Positions 21,382-31,245 of a stretch of 64,000 nt of DNA are shown here, piece after piece (position 1 is the first letter of the stretch; the number at the start of each line of letters is the position of its first letter). This DNA is from Spirochaetia bacterium (lineage in GTDB: Bacteria; Spirochaetota; Spirochaetia; SZUA-6; Bin103), in the NCBI GenBank assembly GCA_965203905.1, contig CBDBDQ010000005.1, positions 2,240,001-2,304,000 on the forward strand, in the 5' to 3' direction. The notes below the pieces were generated by a model that saw nothing but the letters and a program-made list of their open reading frames with translations, had not been told where the DNA came from and did no database searches. A program made the position numbers and the translations under genes.

Positions 21382-22554
21382 GTGACTCGGACCCGCCCGC
21401 CGGCGGCGGAGCCGGCCGCAACCTCACCCGCGGCGACGGCCGTCAGCGAGGTGACCGGGGCCGAGGAGCGCGCCTTCGTCGCCTCGCAGGCGCAACTGGT
21501 GTGGCGCAGGTTCCGGCGCCACAAGCTGGCGTTGATGGCGATCGTGGTGCTCGGCGCGCTCTACTTCGCGTCGATATTCGCCGAGTTCGTCACCCCCTAT
21601 CCGGCGCTGCATCGTTTCAAGGAGTACGGCGAAGCACCGCCGACCCGTATCCATTTCGTCAGCCCCACCCGCGGCCTGAGCCGGCCGTTCGTGTTCGCCA
21701 CGGCGCGCGAACTGGACAAGGCCACCTTCAAGTACCAGTACATTCCCCAGCGCGACCAGGAGCACGTGATTCGCTTCTTCGTGCGGGCCGAGGAGCCGTT
21801 CCACCTGCTCGGATTCATCTCCTGGCAGGTCAAGCTGTTCGGGGTCGAGGACCCGTCGGTGCCGCTGTTCCTGTTTGGCTCCGACCGGCTCGGGCGCGAC
21901 GTGTTCTCGCGCATTTTCTACGCCGGACGCATCTCGCTGTTCATCGGCTTCGGCGGGGTGTTTGTCGCGTTCGTCCTCGGGGTGATCCTGGGCGGCATCT
22001 CGGGCTATTACGGAGGCGTCGCGGACGAGGTGATCCAGCGCCTCATCGAGATGCTGCTGAGCATTCCAACCATCCCGCTGTGGATCGCGCTGTCGGCCGC
22101 CCTGCCCCACGACTGGGGCATCCTCAAGATCTACTTCGCCATCACGCTGATCCTGGCGCTGCAGAGCTGGACCGGCCTCGCGCGGGTGGTGCGCGGCAAG
22201 CTGATCAGCCTGCGCGAGGAGGACTTCGTGATGGCGGCCCAGGTTGCGGCCGCCAAGAACGGCGCCATCATCAGGCGCCACCTGATTCCCGGATTCACCA
22301 GCTACCTGATCACCCATCTCACCCTGGCAATCCCCGGCATGATCATCGGCGAGACCGCGCTCAGCTTCCTCGGGCTGGGCATCCGCCCGCCGGCGGTGAG
22401 CTGGGGCACGCTGCTGCAGGACGCGCAGTCGATCTCGGCGCTCGGCCTGACGCCGTGGCTGATGATCCCCGGCGCATTCGTGCTGCTGGCGGTGCTGATG
22501 TTCAACTTCATCGGCGACGGCCTCCGCGACGCCGCCGACCCCTACGCCACCTGA
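21382..22554 (+). CDS. ABC transporter permease (OppC-like)
   Basis: WRRFRRHKLA, GSDRLGRDVFSR, GDGLRDAADPY. Confidence 0.95.
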   Translation: MTRTRPPAAEPAATSPAATAVSEVTGAEERAFVASQAQLVWRRFRRHKLALMAIVVLGALYFASIFAEFVTPYPALHRFKEYGEAPPTRIHFVSPTRGLSRPFVFATARELDKATFKYQYIPQRDQEHVIRFFVRAEEPFHLLGFISWQVKLFGVEDPSVPLFLFGSDRLGRDVFSRIFYAGRISLFIGFGGVFVAFVLGVILGGISGYYGGVADEVIQRLIEMLLSIPTIPLWIALSAALPHDWGILKIYFAITLILALQSWTGLARVVRGKLISLREEDFVMAAQVAAAKNGAIIRRHLIPGFTSYLITHLTLAIPGMIIGETALSFLGLGIRPPAVSWGTLLQDAQSISALGLTPWLMIPGAFVLLAVLMFNFIGDGLRDAADPYAT

Positions 22555-22581
22555 TCGCCGCCACCGGGACGCGGCCGCCGG

Positions 22582-23457
22582 TCAGGCCAGGCGCGCGTCC
22601 GGTACCCGGGTCTGAGGCAGCGGCTCCGCGGCACCGGAGTAGTCCGGGAGCAGCGGCTCCACCAGCGCCCACTGCGCATCGCTCCAGCTCTCCGGCCTGG
22701 TTGCCGCCGAGTCCCAGGGGGCGGCGCCAGTCTGATTCCGGGCGTAGGCGGCCTGCATGCCCGCCGGCAGCAAGTCGTACGTCGGGCAGAACCACAGCAC
22801 GATCACGGTTCGCCGCTGCCGCGAACGGTTCGGGTGGGCCGAGTGCAGCAGGCGCGAATCGCCGATCACCAGGTCGCCCGCCAGCACCGGCACGTCCGCC
22901 TCGTCGGGATCGGGCGCCAGCGCGGGATGTCCCGGCTGCGCCTCGGCTCGTTGCAGCACCTCCCGGTCGCGCGGGGGCAGCGCGTGCAGCCGGTGGCGCC
23001 GGCGGTGCGATCCCGGGATCACCCGCAGGCAGCCGTTGGCGCGGTTGGTGTCGACCAGGTAGTACATCAGGAAGAACTGGTGCGGCACGTCGGTATAGCT
23101 GATCGGCTGGTCCCAGAAAATGCCGTCCTGGTGCCAGTACAGGGCGGGGCCGGTCTCGGGCCACTTGCTGATGCAGAAGCCGGTGTAGTACCGGGGCCGC
23201 GGGTAGCCCAGCGCCGCCAGCGCGTCCAGGCCGGCCGGCAGGCCGATGAGCGGCGCCAGCTCGGGGAGCTTCCAGAGCTCGACGCTGGTGTGCTGGATCC
23301 GCTCCCCAGGGTCGGTTCCGGCTTCCGCCGCCTCCATCACCCGGTCGGCAACCTGCCGCGCCTCGGCGATCAGTGCAGCCGGTGCCACGCCCGGGATGCG
23401 GCAGAAGCCGTCCGCGATCAACTGCCGGCGATACTCGCGCGCTGCGCCCGTGGTCAT
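22582..23457 (-). CDS. Phytanoyl-CoA dioxygenase (PhyH) family Fe(II)/2OG oxygenase
   Basis: WHQD (HxD), NGCLRVIPGSH, LLHSAHPN. Confidence 0.9.
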   Translation of the reverse strand: MTTGAAREYRRQLIADGFCRIPGVAPAALIAEARQVADRVMEAAEAGTDPGERIQHTSVELWKLPELAPLIGLPAGLDALAALGYPRPRYYTGFCISKWPETGPALYWHQDGIFWDQPISYTDVPHQFFLMYYLVDTNRANGCLRVIPGSHRRRHRLHALPPRDREVLQRAEAQPGHPALAPDPDEADVPVLAGDLVIGDSRLLHSAHPNRSRQRRTVIVLWFCPTYDLLPAGMQAAYARNQTGAAPWDSAATRPESWSDAQWALVEPLLPDYSGAAEPLPQTRVPDARLA

Positions 23458-24488
23458 GGCTGGACAATCGCCAGCTCGGTCAGGCACACGCGCCGTCCCT
23501 GCTGCACGCTGCGCACCGCGGCGTAGGTCATGGCCATGGTCTTGAGGTTGTCGCGGCTGCTGCACTCCGGCTCACGTCCGCTCTCGAGGGCGCCCAGGAA
23601 CTCTTCCAGGGCCGCTACCTTCGGGACCTCGGGAGCCGCGGGCGGACATGCGAGCTGGGTACGCTGCGGGCGCGGCGTGCGGTGCTCGTGGGTCAGGAAC
23701 ACGCGCTCATCCTCCCAGGTGACGCTCCCGCGCGGGCCCTCGATGCGCCAGTTGCCCGACCAGGACGTGCGGGCGCCGTTGCTGCAACCCATGGCGCGAT
23801 GGACCGCCATCAGCCCGCCGGGGAACTCGAACACCGCGACGTGACTGGCGTCGCCCGCGTGCCAACCCCACGCCGGGTTCCAGGAGATCACCCGCACCGC
23901 CTCGGGCTCGGCGCCCAGCACGTAGCGCATGGTGTCGAAGTGATGGCAGCCCATGTCCAGCAGGAACATGTGCGGCTGGGTCACGTAGTGGCTGCCCGGC
24001 GTGTCGGCCCAGGGTGCGAAGAGGGAAATGTCGAGCTGCCCCGGCTCGCCGATGACGCCGTCGGCCAGCATGCGGCGCGTCAGCCGCGGCTGGGGTGCGA
24101 ACCGCTGCTGCTGGGTGATCATGTGGATGCATCCGGCACGCTCCGCCGCCGCCGCCATCTCGGCCGCCGCGCGGTAGCTGTCGCTCATCGGCTTTTCCCC
24201 CAGTACCGGGAGGCCGGCCATGAAGCTGGTCAGAGCGACACGCCGGTGCGACTCGGGGGAGGTCACATCCAGCACGAAATCGGGAGCCGTCGCGTCGATG
24301 GCCTGCTCCAGCGAAGCGTGGACCGTGGCGGCCGGGATCTCCCATTCCGCGGCCGCGCGCCGCCGCGACTGTTCGCTGCGGCCCACGTAGGCGACGATCT
24401 CCAGCGCGGGATGCCGGCGGCAGATCCCGGCCCAGATCTCGCCGTGGCCGCCCAGCCCCACCAGCACGCCTCTCCGTTGCGCCGTCAA
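23454..24488 (-). CDS. Gfo/Idh/MocA family oxidoreductase
   Basis: VGLGGHG, GEKPM, DMGCHHFD. Confidence 0.9.
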   Translation of the reverse strand: MTAQRRGVLVGLGGHGEIWAGICRRHPALEIVAYVGRSEQSRRRAAAEWEIPAATVHASLEQAIDATAPDFVLDVTSPESHRRVALTSFMAGLPVLGEKPMSDSYRAAAEMAAAAERAGCIHMITQQQRFAPQPRLTRRMLADGVIGEPGQLDISLFAPWADTPGSHYVTQPHMFLLDMGCHHFDTMRYVLGAEPEAVRVISWNPAWGWHAGDASHVAVFEFPGGLMAVHRAMGCSNGARTSWSGNWRIEGPRGSVTWEDERVFLTHEHRTPRPQRTQLACPPAAPEVPKVAALEEFLGALESGREPECSSRDNLKTMAMTYAAVRSVQQGRRVCLTELAIVQP

Positions 24489-24498
24489 TGCAGCACCC

Positions 24499-26106
24499 CT
24501 ACTCGCGGTAGAAACGCTCCAGGTCGCGCTGGATCCGTTCCCAGTCGGCGACCCCGGTGCGTTCGGAAAACCTGCCGTAGTCCTCGATCAGCCGGTCCCG
24601 AAGCTGGGGGTGTGCCGCCGCCACGTCGTGCAGCTCCACGCGATCGGCCTCCAGGTCGTACAGCTCCCACGGACCCGTGCGGCGCCCCCTTCCCACCGGG
24701 CCGGCGGTGAACCCCCTCGGTGCGCTGTAATAGGAGACCAGCTTCCACCTGCCGTGGCGCACGGCGCGGTTGCCCTCGTGCTCCAGGAACAGGGTCTCCG
24801 GGTTTTCCCGTTCGACACCCTTCATGTTGGGCACCAGCGAGCGGCTGTCGGTGGACAGGACGGGGTAGCCGCGCGCGTGCGACGGGTAGCGCGCGCCGGC
24901 CAGGTCGAGCACGGTAGCCATGATGTCCTTGACGTGGGCGTAGTAGCCGCGCTCGATACGGCCCTCCCGTATCAGCTTCGGGTAGTGGACGATGAACGGC
25001 GTGGCCGAGCCGCCCTCGTGCAGCCAGTGCTTGAACAGGCGGAACGGCGTGTTGGAGGCGTTGGCCCACGGCAGGAAGCAGGCCGTGTCGGATTCGCGGG
25101 GTCCGGCGGGCACGTCCGGCACCGGATCGTGGGATTCGGCACAGGCGCCGTTGTCGGACAGGAACATGATGACGGTGTTGTCCGGATCGCGCCGCTCGCG
25201 GATGGTGGCCAACAGCGCGCCGATGCCCTGGTCGACGCGGTCGATCATCGCAGCGTACACCGCCATCCGCAGGTCCCACTCCTCCTCGCTGAAGGTCCGG
25301 CCCTGCAGGTCGGGCCAACGGCCGATCTGCTCCCACGGCGGGCACTCGGGGTCCCGCGGCGACAGCTCCAGGTCCTGCGGAAACAGCCCCATCTCCTTCT
25401 GGCGCCGCAGGCGCCGCTCGCGGATCACGTCCCAGCCCACCTGGTACGAACCCCGGTACCTGGCGATGTCGGCGGGCCAGGCGTGCAGCGGCCAGTGCGG
25501 TGCGGTGTAGGCCAGGTACAGGAAGTAGGGACGCTCGGGGTCGGCCTCGGCCACGAACTCGGCGGCGTGGCGGGAGAAGTAGTCGGTGGTGTAGTAGTCC
25601 CCGGGCAACTCGGTTACCGGGGTCTCGCCGTCCAGGAGCTGCGCCATGGGCTCGGGCGCCCAGTAGTTGCAGGCGCCGCTGAGGATTCCGTAATAACGGT
25701 CGAAGCCACGGTCGGTGGGCCAGTTGGGGCGAAACGAGCCGACGTGCCACTTCCCGGACATGAAGGTCTGGTAGCCGTCGGCCTTGAGCGCCTCGGCCAG
25801 CGTGACGGTGTTGTTGCTCAGGTAGCCCTGGTAGGCGCCGCGGGCGATTGCGCGGTTGAAGTCGAGGTTGCGGTGGCCCTGGGAGGTCATGTGGCCGATG
25901 CCGGCACGGTGCGGATAGAGCCCGGTCAGCAGCGCCGCCCGGGTCGGGCAGCAGCGGGCGCAGTTGTAGAACTGGGTGTAGCGGATGCCCGCGGCCGCCA
26001 GGGAGTCGAGGTGCGGAGTGTCGATCTCGCCGCCGTAGCAGCCCAGGTCGGAATAGCCCATGTCATCCACCAGGATGACGATCACGTCGGGTCTGGAATC
26101 ACTCAT
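24499..26106 (-). CDS. Arylsulfatase (Cys-type formylglycine-dependent), no signal peptide
   Basis: DDMGYSDLG, CCPTRAALLTG (CxPxR), GKWH, APHWP, SDNG. Confidence 0.95.
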   Translation of the reverse strand: MSDSRPDVIVILVDDMGYSDLGCYGGEIDTPHLDSLAAAGIRYTQFYNCARCCPTRAALLTGLYPHRAGIGHMTSQGHRNLDFNRAIARGAYQGYLSNNTVTLAEALKADGYQTFMSGKWHVGSFRPNWPTDRGFDRYYGILSGACNYWAPEPMAQLLDGETPVTELPGDYYTTDYFSRHAAEFVAEADPERPYFLYLAYTAPHWPLHAWPADIARYRGSYQVGWDVIRERRLRRQKEMGLFPQDLELSPRDPECPPWEQIGRWPDLQGRTFSEEEWDLRMAVYAAMIDRVDQGIGALLATIRERRDPDNTVIMFLSDNGACAESHDPVPDVPAGPRESDTACFLPWANASNTPFRLFKHWLHEGGSATPFIVHYPKLIREGRIERGYYAHVKDIMATVLDLAGARYPSHARGYPVLSTDSRSLVPNMKGVERENPETLFLEHEGNRAVRHGRWKLVSYYSAPRGFTAGPVGRGRRTGPWELYDLEADRVELHDVAAAHPQLRDRLIEDYGRFSERTGVADWERIQRDLERFYRE

Positions 26107-26251
26107 ACGGAGCCTGTGAGCGTGGCAGCGTACACCGATTGCCGGCAGCCGTGCAGCCACCGGAGCCCGCCCCGCCCCCGCCCGCCGCCGCCACGCTACC
26201 GCCGGCGGGAAGTAGCCGCGGCGCGGCGGGCGCAGTATGATGGGCGGATAG

Positions 26252-26653
26252 ATGCTGCTGGTCCTGGTATCCTTCATTGCGTTCATCGCCCTGTTCGTGC
26301 TCGGCCTGCGCTGGGGCGTGGTGATCATCGGCAAGGTCCTGGGGCGCGTGGTGTACGACCGCCACCGCAACGCCGAGTACATCATCAACACCGGCCAGGT
26401 GCCGGACCAGTGGACCGAGCCCTACTTCAAGAAGATCGACGAGGTGCGCAAGCTGAAGCAGGTCGACGAGACCGAGCGCGAGCGCAAGATCTCGGTCCTG
26501 GAGCGCCGCGCCAAGCGCAACTCGATCAAGCGGATCGACGACCTGTTGCGTTATTTTTCGCGGGCGCCGGTATTTGCCGACGACCATTCGCGCCGGGTGC
26601 TGATGGAGCAGTTGGAATCGGCCAAGGCACAGTGGCTCAAGTACGTGCAGTAG
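26252..26653 (+). CDS. Hypothetical protein with N-terminal membrane anchor
   Basis: 133-aa ORF with host-like codon usage, hydrophobic N-terminus and charged helical remainder. Confidence 0.75.
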   Translation: MLLVLVSFIAFIALFVLGLRWGVVIIGKVLGRVVYDRHRNAEYIINTGQVPDQWTEPYFKKIDEVRKLKQVDETERERKISVLERRAKRNSIKRIDDLLRYFSRAPVFADDHSRRVLMEQLESAKAQWLKYVQ

Positions 26654-26733
26654 GCAGCGCACTACCGGGCGCAGCGCCCGTCATCTGACGAATAATTCGC
26701 CGCGCGACCGATGCGGGCGGTACATTGCGGGCG

Positions 26734-27450
26734 ATGGCGATCGTGCAGCTCACCGACGTGACCAAGGACTACCCGCTCGGCAACGTCACGGTGCGGGCGG
26801 TGCGCGGCGTCTCGTTGTCGATCGAACGCGGCGGGTTCATCTCCATCGCCGGGCCGTCCGGTTCCGGCAAGACCACGATCCTCAACCTGATCGGCTGTAT
26901 CGACACGCCGACCGCCGGCACGGTGACGGTCAACGGCCAGGCCACCGTCGACCTCAAGGACCGCGCTCTGACCAACCTGCGTCATGCCCACATCGGCTTC
27001 ATCTTCCAGTCGTTCAACCTGGTGCCGGTGCTCAACGTCTACGAGAACGTCGAGTTCCCGCTGCTGCTGGGCAAGACCGACCTGGACAAGGGCGAAAAGC
27101 GGCGCCGCGTGGAGGAACTGGTAGAGCAGGTCGGGCTGTCCGAGCAGATCGGCCAACGCCCCAACGAGCTGTCCGGCGGCCAGCGGCAGCGCGTGGCCAT
27201 CGCCCGCGCCCTGGTGACCCACCCGGCCATCGTGCTGGCCGACGAGCCCACCGCCAACCTCGACTCCAAGACCGGTGAGCAGATCATCGAGCTGATGAAG
27301 CGGATCAACTCGGAACGGGACTCCACCTTCATCTTCTCCACCCACGACCCGGACATCGTCGCCATCGCCGACCACGTGGTCCACCTGCACGACGGGCTGG
27401 TCGCGTCCGAGCAGCGCCGCGCTTCACAGCCGGCTGTCCCCGACGGCTAG
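26734..27450 (+). CDS. ABC ATP-binding protein, LolD/MacB-like
   Basis: GPSGSGKT, GFIFQSFNL, LSGGQRQRVAIARAL, ADEPTANLD. Confidence 0.95.
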   Translation: MAIVQLTDVTKDYPLGNVTVRAVRGVSLSIERGGFISIAGPSGSGKTTILNLIGCIDTPTAGTVTVNGQATVDLKDRALTNLRHAHIGFIFQSFNLVPVLNVYENVEFPLLLGKTDLDKGEKRRRVEELVEQVGLSEQIGQRPNELSGGQRQRVAIARALVTHPAIVLADEPTANLDSKTGEQIIELMKRINSERDSTFIFSTHDPDIVAIADHVVHLHDGLVASEQRRASQPAVPDG

Positions 27451-27459
27451 GTTTCCCCG

Positions 27460-28983
27460 GTGCCGGTCATCCTGCGTATCGCGCTGCGCAACCTGCGTGA
27501 GCATCGCGCCAAGACCCTGATCATCGGCATCATCATCGCGGTCGGGATCGCGGTGCTGGTGGCCGGCAACTCGCTGGCCGAGACCGCCACCCGCGGCTTG
27601 CGCCGCTCCTTCATCGACAACTACACCGGCCACGTGATGATCCGCGGGCAGACCGCCCAGGATCTTTCCCTGTTCGGGTTCGGTGCCGGGTCCGGCAATG
27701 AAGAGATCCCGCGCATCGGCAGTTACCCGGAGGTGTTCGCCCACGTGAGCGCGCTGCCGGAGGTCGCCGCCGTGAGTCCGCAGCTCACCACCTTCGCCAT
27801 TGCCCACGCCGACGAGGAGCAGAACGAGGAGTTCTTCCTCACGCTGTTCGGGGTCGACGCCGCCAGCTACGGCGCGATGTTCCCCGACAGCGCCGCGATC
27901 GTCGCCGGCCGGCCGCTGGCGCCGGGGCAAGCGGGAATCATGTTGTCGGCCAGCCAGGCAGAAGAGATGGAGGAGCAGCTCGGGGTCGAGTTGCAGCCGG
28001 GCGATCCGCTGTTGCTCACCGCCATCGGCGGCAGCGGACTGCGCATCCGGGAGCTGACCATCAGCGCCATCTTCCGCTTCCAGCAGGAGATGCAGGGGCT
28101 CAATCAGGTCGCGATCGTGGACGCCCAGTCGCTGCGCGCGCTGGCCGGGCTGGTGGTCAGCACCGGCCAGATCGAGCTGTCCGCGCAGGAGACCGAGATC
28201 CTGGATGCCGGCGACCTGGAGGCGCTGTTCGCGGACGGCGAGGAGATGGTGGTGGAGACTCAAGGCGCGGTGGACAGTGCGGCGGCCGGCGCAACGACCG
28301 CGGCTCCCGCGGCGGTGCTCAGCGAAGAGCGCGTGCTGGCGGTCCTCGGCGACCGCGAACGTGCGCCGCCGGTGGTGGACGCCGGCGCCTGGCACTTCCT
28401 GCTGCTCAAGCTGGCGCCGGGGGCGGGTTCGGAGCAGGCCCGGACGCAACGGCTGATCGACGGGCTGAACGGCTATTTCGAAGCCCGCGACATCGCCGCG
28501 CAGGCGGTGGACTGGCGCGCCGCGGCCGGCTGGTTCAGCCGCCTGGCGACGGTGATGCAGATGGTCTTCAATGGCACCGTGGTGGTGATCGCCGCGGTCG
28601 CGGTGATCATCATCATGAACACGCTGGTGATCTCCGTGATCGAACGCACCTCCGAGATTGGCACCATGCGCGCCCTCGGCGCCCACAAGCGGTTCGTGCG
28701 GCGCATGTTCGTGGTCGAGACGCTGAGCATCTCCTGGCTGTTCGGGATTGCCGGCATCGTGCTGGGAGCGGCGCTCGTGGCGATCCTGGGGTGGACCGGC
28801 ATCCGCGCCGGCAGCGAATTTCTGAAGATCCTGTTCGGCGGCGAGGTGCTGGAGCCGGCGCTGTCGCCGTTCTCGGTGGTGCTCTCGCTGGTGATCATGA
28901 CGGCGATCGGCCTGCTGGCCAGCATCTACCCGGTGATGGTGGCGCTGCGCGTGCAGCCGGTGCGCGCGATGCAGCCGGAGTAG
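27460..28983 (+). CDS. FtsX-like (LolE/MacB) ABC permease with acidic periplasmic insertion
   Basis: RIALRNL start; IMNTLVISVIERTSEIGTMRALG. Confidence 0.92.
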   Translation: MPVILRIALRNLREHRAKTLIIGIIIAVGIAVLVAGNSLAETATRGLRRSFIDNYTGHVMIRGQTAQDLSLFGFGAGSGNEEIPRIGSYPEVFAHVSALPEVAAVSPQLTTFAIAHADEEQNEEFFLTLFGVDAASYGAMFPDSAAIVAGRPLAPGQAGIMLSASQAEEMEEQLGVELQPGDPLLLTAIGGSGLRIRELTISAIFRFQQEMQGLNQVAIVDAQSLRALAGLVVSTGQIELSAQETEILDAGDLEALFADGEEMVVETQGAVDSAAAGATTAAPAAVLSEERVLAVLGDRERAPPVVDAGAWHFLLLKLAPGAGSEQARTQRLIDGLNGYFEARDIAAQAVDWRAAAGWFSRLATVMQMVFNGTVVVIAAVAVIIIMNTLVISVIERTSEIGTMRALGAHKRFVRRMFVVETLSISWLFGIAGIVLGAALVAILGWTGIRAGSEFLKILFGGEVLEPALSPFSVVLSLVIMTAIGLLASIYPVMVALRVQPVRAMQPE

Positions 28984-28995
28984 GGGAACGGCATC

Positions 28996-30300
28996 GTGAC
29001 CGTGCTGCGCATCGCCGCGCGCAACCTGAACCGGCAGAAGAAACGCAGCTTCCTGCTCGCCGGCGCCATCGCCCTCGGGGTGCTGGTGATCACCCTGGTG
29101 AACGGCTTCGCCGGCGGTTTCGTGGCCAACATCCGCGGCAACATATCGCACCTGTTCGCCGGCCACCTGTTCATTCAGGGTTACGAGAAGAGCGCCAGCG
29201 GCCGGCTGGTGGAGCTGGTGCGCGACGACCGCGCGTTGCAGCGCATCCTCGCCGCGGCCGAGCTGCCGGCGCTGTCGGTCACCCGCCGTTCCGAGCTGGA
29301 CGCGGCGCTGATCTTCGCCGGGGAGAGCGTGCGCCAGCAGGTGGTGGGGGTGGACTGGGAGGCGGCCGAATTCCTGCGCCGGCGGCTGGTGCTGCGCGCC
29401 GGCTCGGTGGAGCAGTTGCTGGCCCACCGCAACGCGGTGGTGCTCAACGAAAACGTGGCGGCGCAACTGGACGTGGCGGTGGGCGACACCCTGCTGGTGC
29501 AGTCACAGACCGCCACCGGACAGCAGAACGTGGGCGAGTTCCTGCTGGCGGCCACGACGGTCGATGCCGGCGTATTCAGCGGCATTTCCGCCTACGCGCA
29601 CCGCTCCTACATCAACGAGCTGCTCGACATCGCCCCGGACGCCTACCTGACGCTGGGCATTCTGCTGGACGACATGGATGCGATCGACGCCGAGGCGGAG
29701 CGCCTGTACGCAGCGCTGGCGGCGGAGCTGGACCTGGTGCCGCGCTTCTCCGGCCAGGAAGGGTACCGTGAGGTGCGCCGGGAGCTGCTGCAGGCGGAGT
29801 GGCAGGGCACCCGCTACCAGTTCTCCACCATCAACGACTTCGTCACCGGCATCGAAGACGTGGCGCGGACGGTGGTGATCACCGGCCTGGTGGTGGCGCT
29901 GATCCTGTTCCTTATCGTCGCCGTGGGCATCACCAACACCTTCCGCATGGTGGCCTACGAACGCACCCGCGAGATCGGCACCATGCGCGCGCTCGGTCTG
30001 CAGCGCGGCCAGACGCGGCGCCTGTTCCTGCTGGAGGCGGTGCTGCTGGCGCTGGTCGCCGCCGTGGCGGGACTGGCCCTGGCAGCGGTCGGCCGCACCA
30101 TCCTGCAGTCGATCGATTGGGGTCACGACTCGCTTTTCTTCATCTTCCTGGACGACGGCCACCTGTCGTTCCCGGTCGACCCGGTGTTCCTGGCCGGCTA
30201 CTTGGCGGCGGTGGTCGCCGTCACCCTGATCGCCGCCCTGTTCCCCGCCAACCGCGCCGCGCGCCAGGACCCGGCCAGCGCCCTGCGCAGCACCGCCTAG
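28996..30300 (+). CDS. FtsX-like (LolE/MacB) ABC permease
   Basis: RIAARNL start; NTFRMVAYERTREIGTMRALG; PANRAARQDPASALR. Confidence 0.92.
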   Translation: MTVLRIAARNLNRQKKRSFLLAGAIALGVLVITLVNGFAGGFVANIRGNISHLFAGHLFIQGYEKSASGRLVELVRDDRALQRILAAAELPALSVTRRSELDAALIFAGESVRQQVVGVDWEAAEFLRRRLVLRAGSVEQLLAHRNAVVLNENVAAQLDVAVGDTLLVQSQTATGQQNVGEFLLAATTVDAGVFSGISAYAHRSYINELLDIAPDAYLTLGILLDDMDAIDAEAERLYAALAAELDLVPRFSGQEGYREVRRELLQAEWQGTRYQFSTINDFVTGIEDVARTVVITGLVVALILFLIVAVGITNTFRMVAYERTREIGTMRALGLQRGQTRRLFLLEAVLLALVAAVAGLALAAVGRTILQSIDWGHDSLFFIFLDDGHLSFPVDPVFLAGYLAAVVAVTLIAALFPANRAARQDPASALRSTA

Positions 30301-30459
30301 CGAACCTCGGATTGCGCTCCGCGACGGGGGTAGTGCTGGCCGCTCATGGTTGCCGCCCGGTACATTGGCGGAGGCCGGGATTCACCTGACGTGGCCGGCC
30401 CGGGTCCGCGGCGGCCACGCACCTGCGTCGCTGCCAGCCCACGTCCGAGGAGGATATTC

Positions 30460-31245
30460 ATGTTCCTGTCGGCACGGCACCTGAAAAGCATCCGTCCCCT
30501 GCCCGCGCTGGTGGCCGCACTGCTGCTGCTGGTGCCGGTGTTGGGGTCCGCGGCGGACGAGACCGATTACCTGGCGATACTGCGCGCCATCGATCGCTCG
30601 CGCAGCTTCGACACGACCGACTTCTCCGCGGTCTTCACGGTGGTGTCGGAGAAGCCGGACGAGGAAAACAGCGTGTTCAAGGCGCAGATGTTTCGCCGCG
30701 ACGCCGAGGACAAGTTCGTGATGGTGTTCCTGGAGCCGGACGTGCAGCGCGGCCAGGGCTATCTGCAGGTGGACGACAACCTGTGGTTCTACGATCCCGA
30801 CAGCCGCAAGTTCTCGCACTCGTCGATGCGCGAGAGCCTGCAGGATTCCGAGGCCAACAACAGCGACCTCAACGAGTCCTCCCTGGCGGACGACTACACC
30901 GTGGAGACGGCCTCCGAGGGGAGCCTCGGGCGCTACGACGTGTACATCCTGGAGCTGAGCGCCCGTCACGACGAGGTCGCCTTCCCGCAACTCAAGCTGT
31001 GGGTGCGGCGCGACAACGACCTGGTGCTCAAGGCCCAGAACTTCAGCCTGTCGGGGCGGCTGATGCGCAGCGACTACTTCCCCAAGTACGTGCGCGTGGA
31101 GGATCGCCTGCTGCCGTCGCAGATGCTGTTCGTGGATGAGCTGAAGGAGGGCGAGCGCACCCAGGTGACGATGGCCAACACCTCCCTGGCGCGGGTCCCG
31201 GACTCGGTGTTCAGCAAGAGCTACCTGGAACGGGTCAACCGTTGA
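30460..31245 (+). CDS. Outer-membrane lipoprotein-sorting (LolA-like) periplasmic protein
   Basis: GAGGAGG RBS; signal peptide; GQGYLQVDDNLWFYDP, FSLSGRLMR, VFSKSYLER; operon context. Confidence 0.82.
   Translation: MFLSARHLKSIRPLPALVAALLLLVPVLGSAADETDYLAILRAIDRSRSFDTTDFSAVFTVVSEKPDEENSVFKAQMFRRDAEDKFVMVFLEPDVQRGQGYLQVDDNLWFYDPDSRKFSHSSMRESLQDSEANNSDLNESSLADDYTVETASEGSLGRYDVYILELSARHDEVAFPQLKLWVRRDNDLVLKAQNFSLSGRLMRSDYFPKYVRVEDRLLPSQMLFVDELKEGERTQVTMANTSLARVPDSVFSKSYLERVNR

Noticed and set aside
18258-21524. 1088-aa minus-strand ORF, and similar long ORFs at 7605-9794, 24610-26688, 27424-29466, 40806-43181 and 61674-63839
   Set aside because: Antisense or off-frame shadows of well-supported genes, expected in high-GC DNA; no recognisable motifs.
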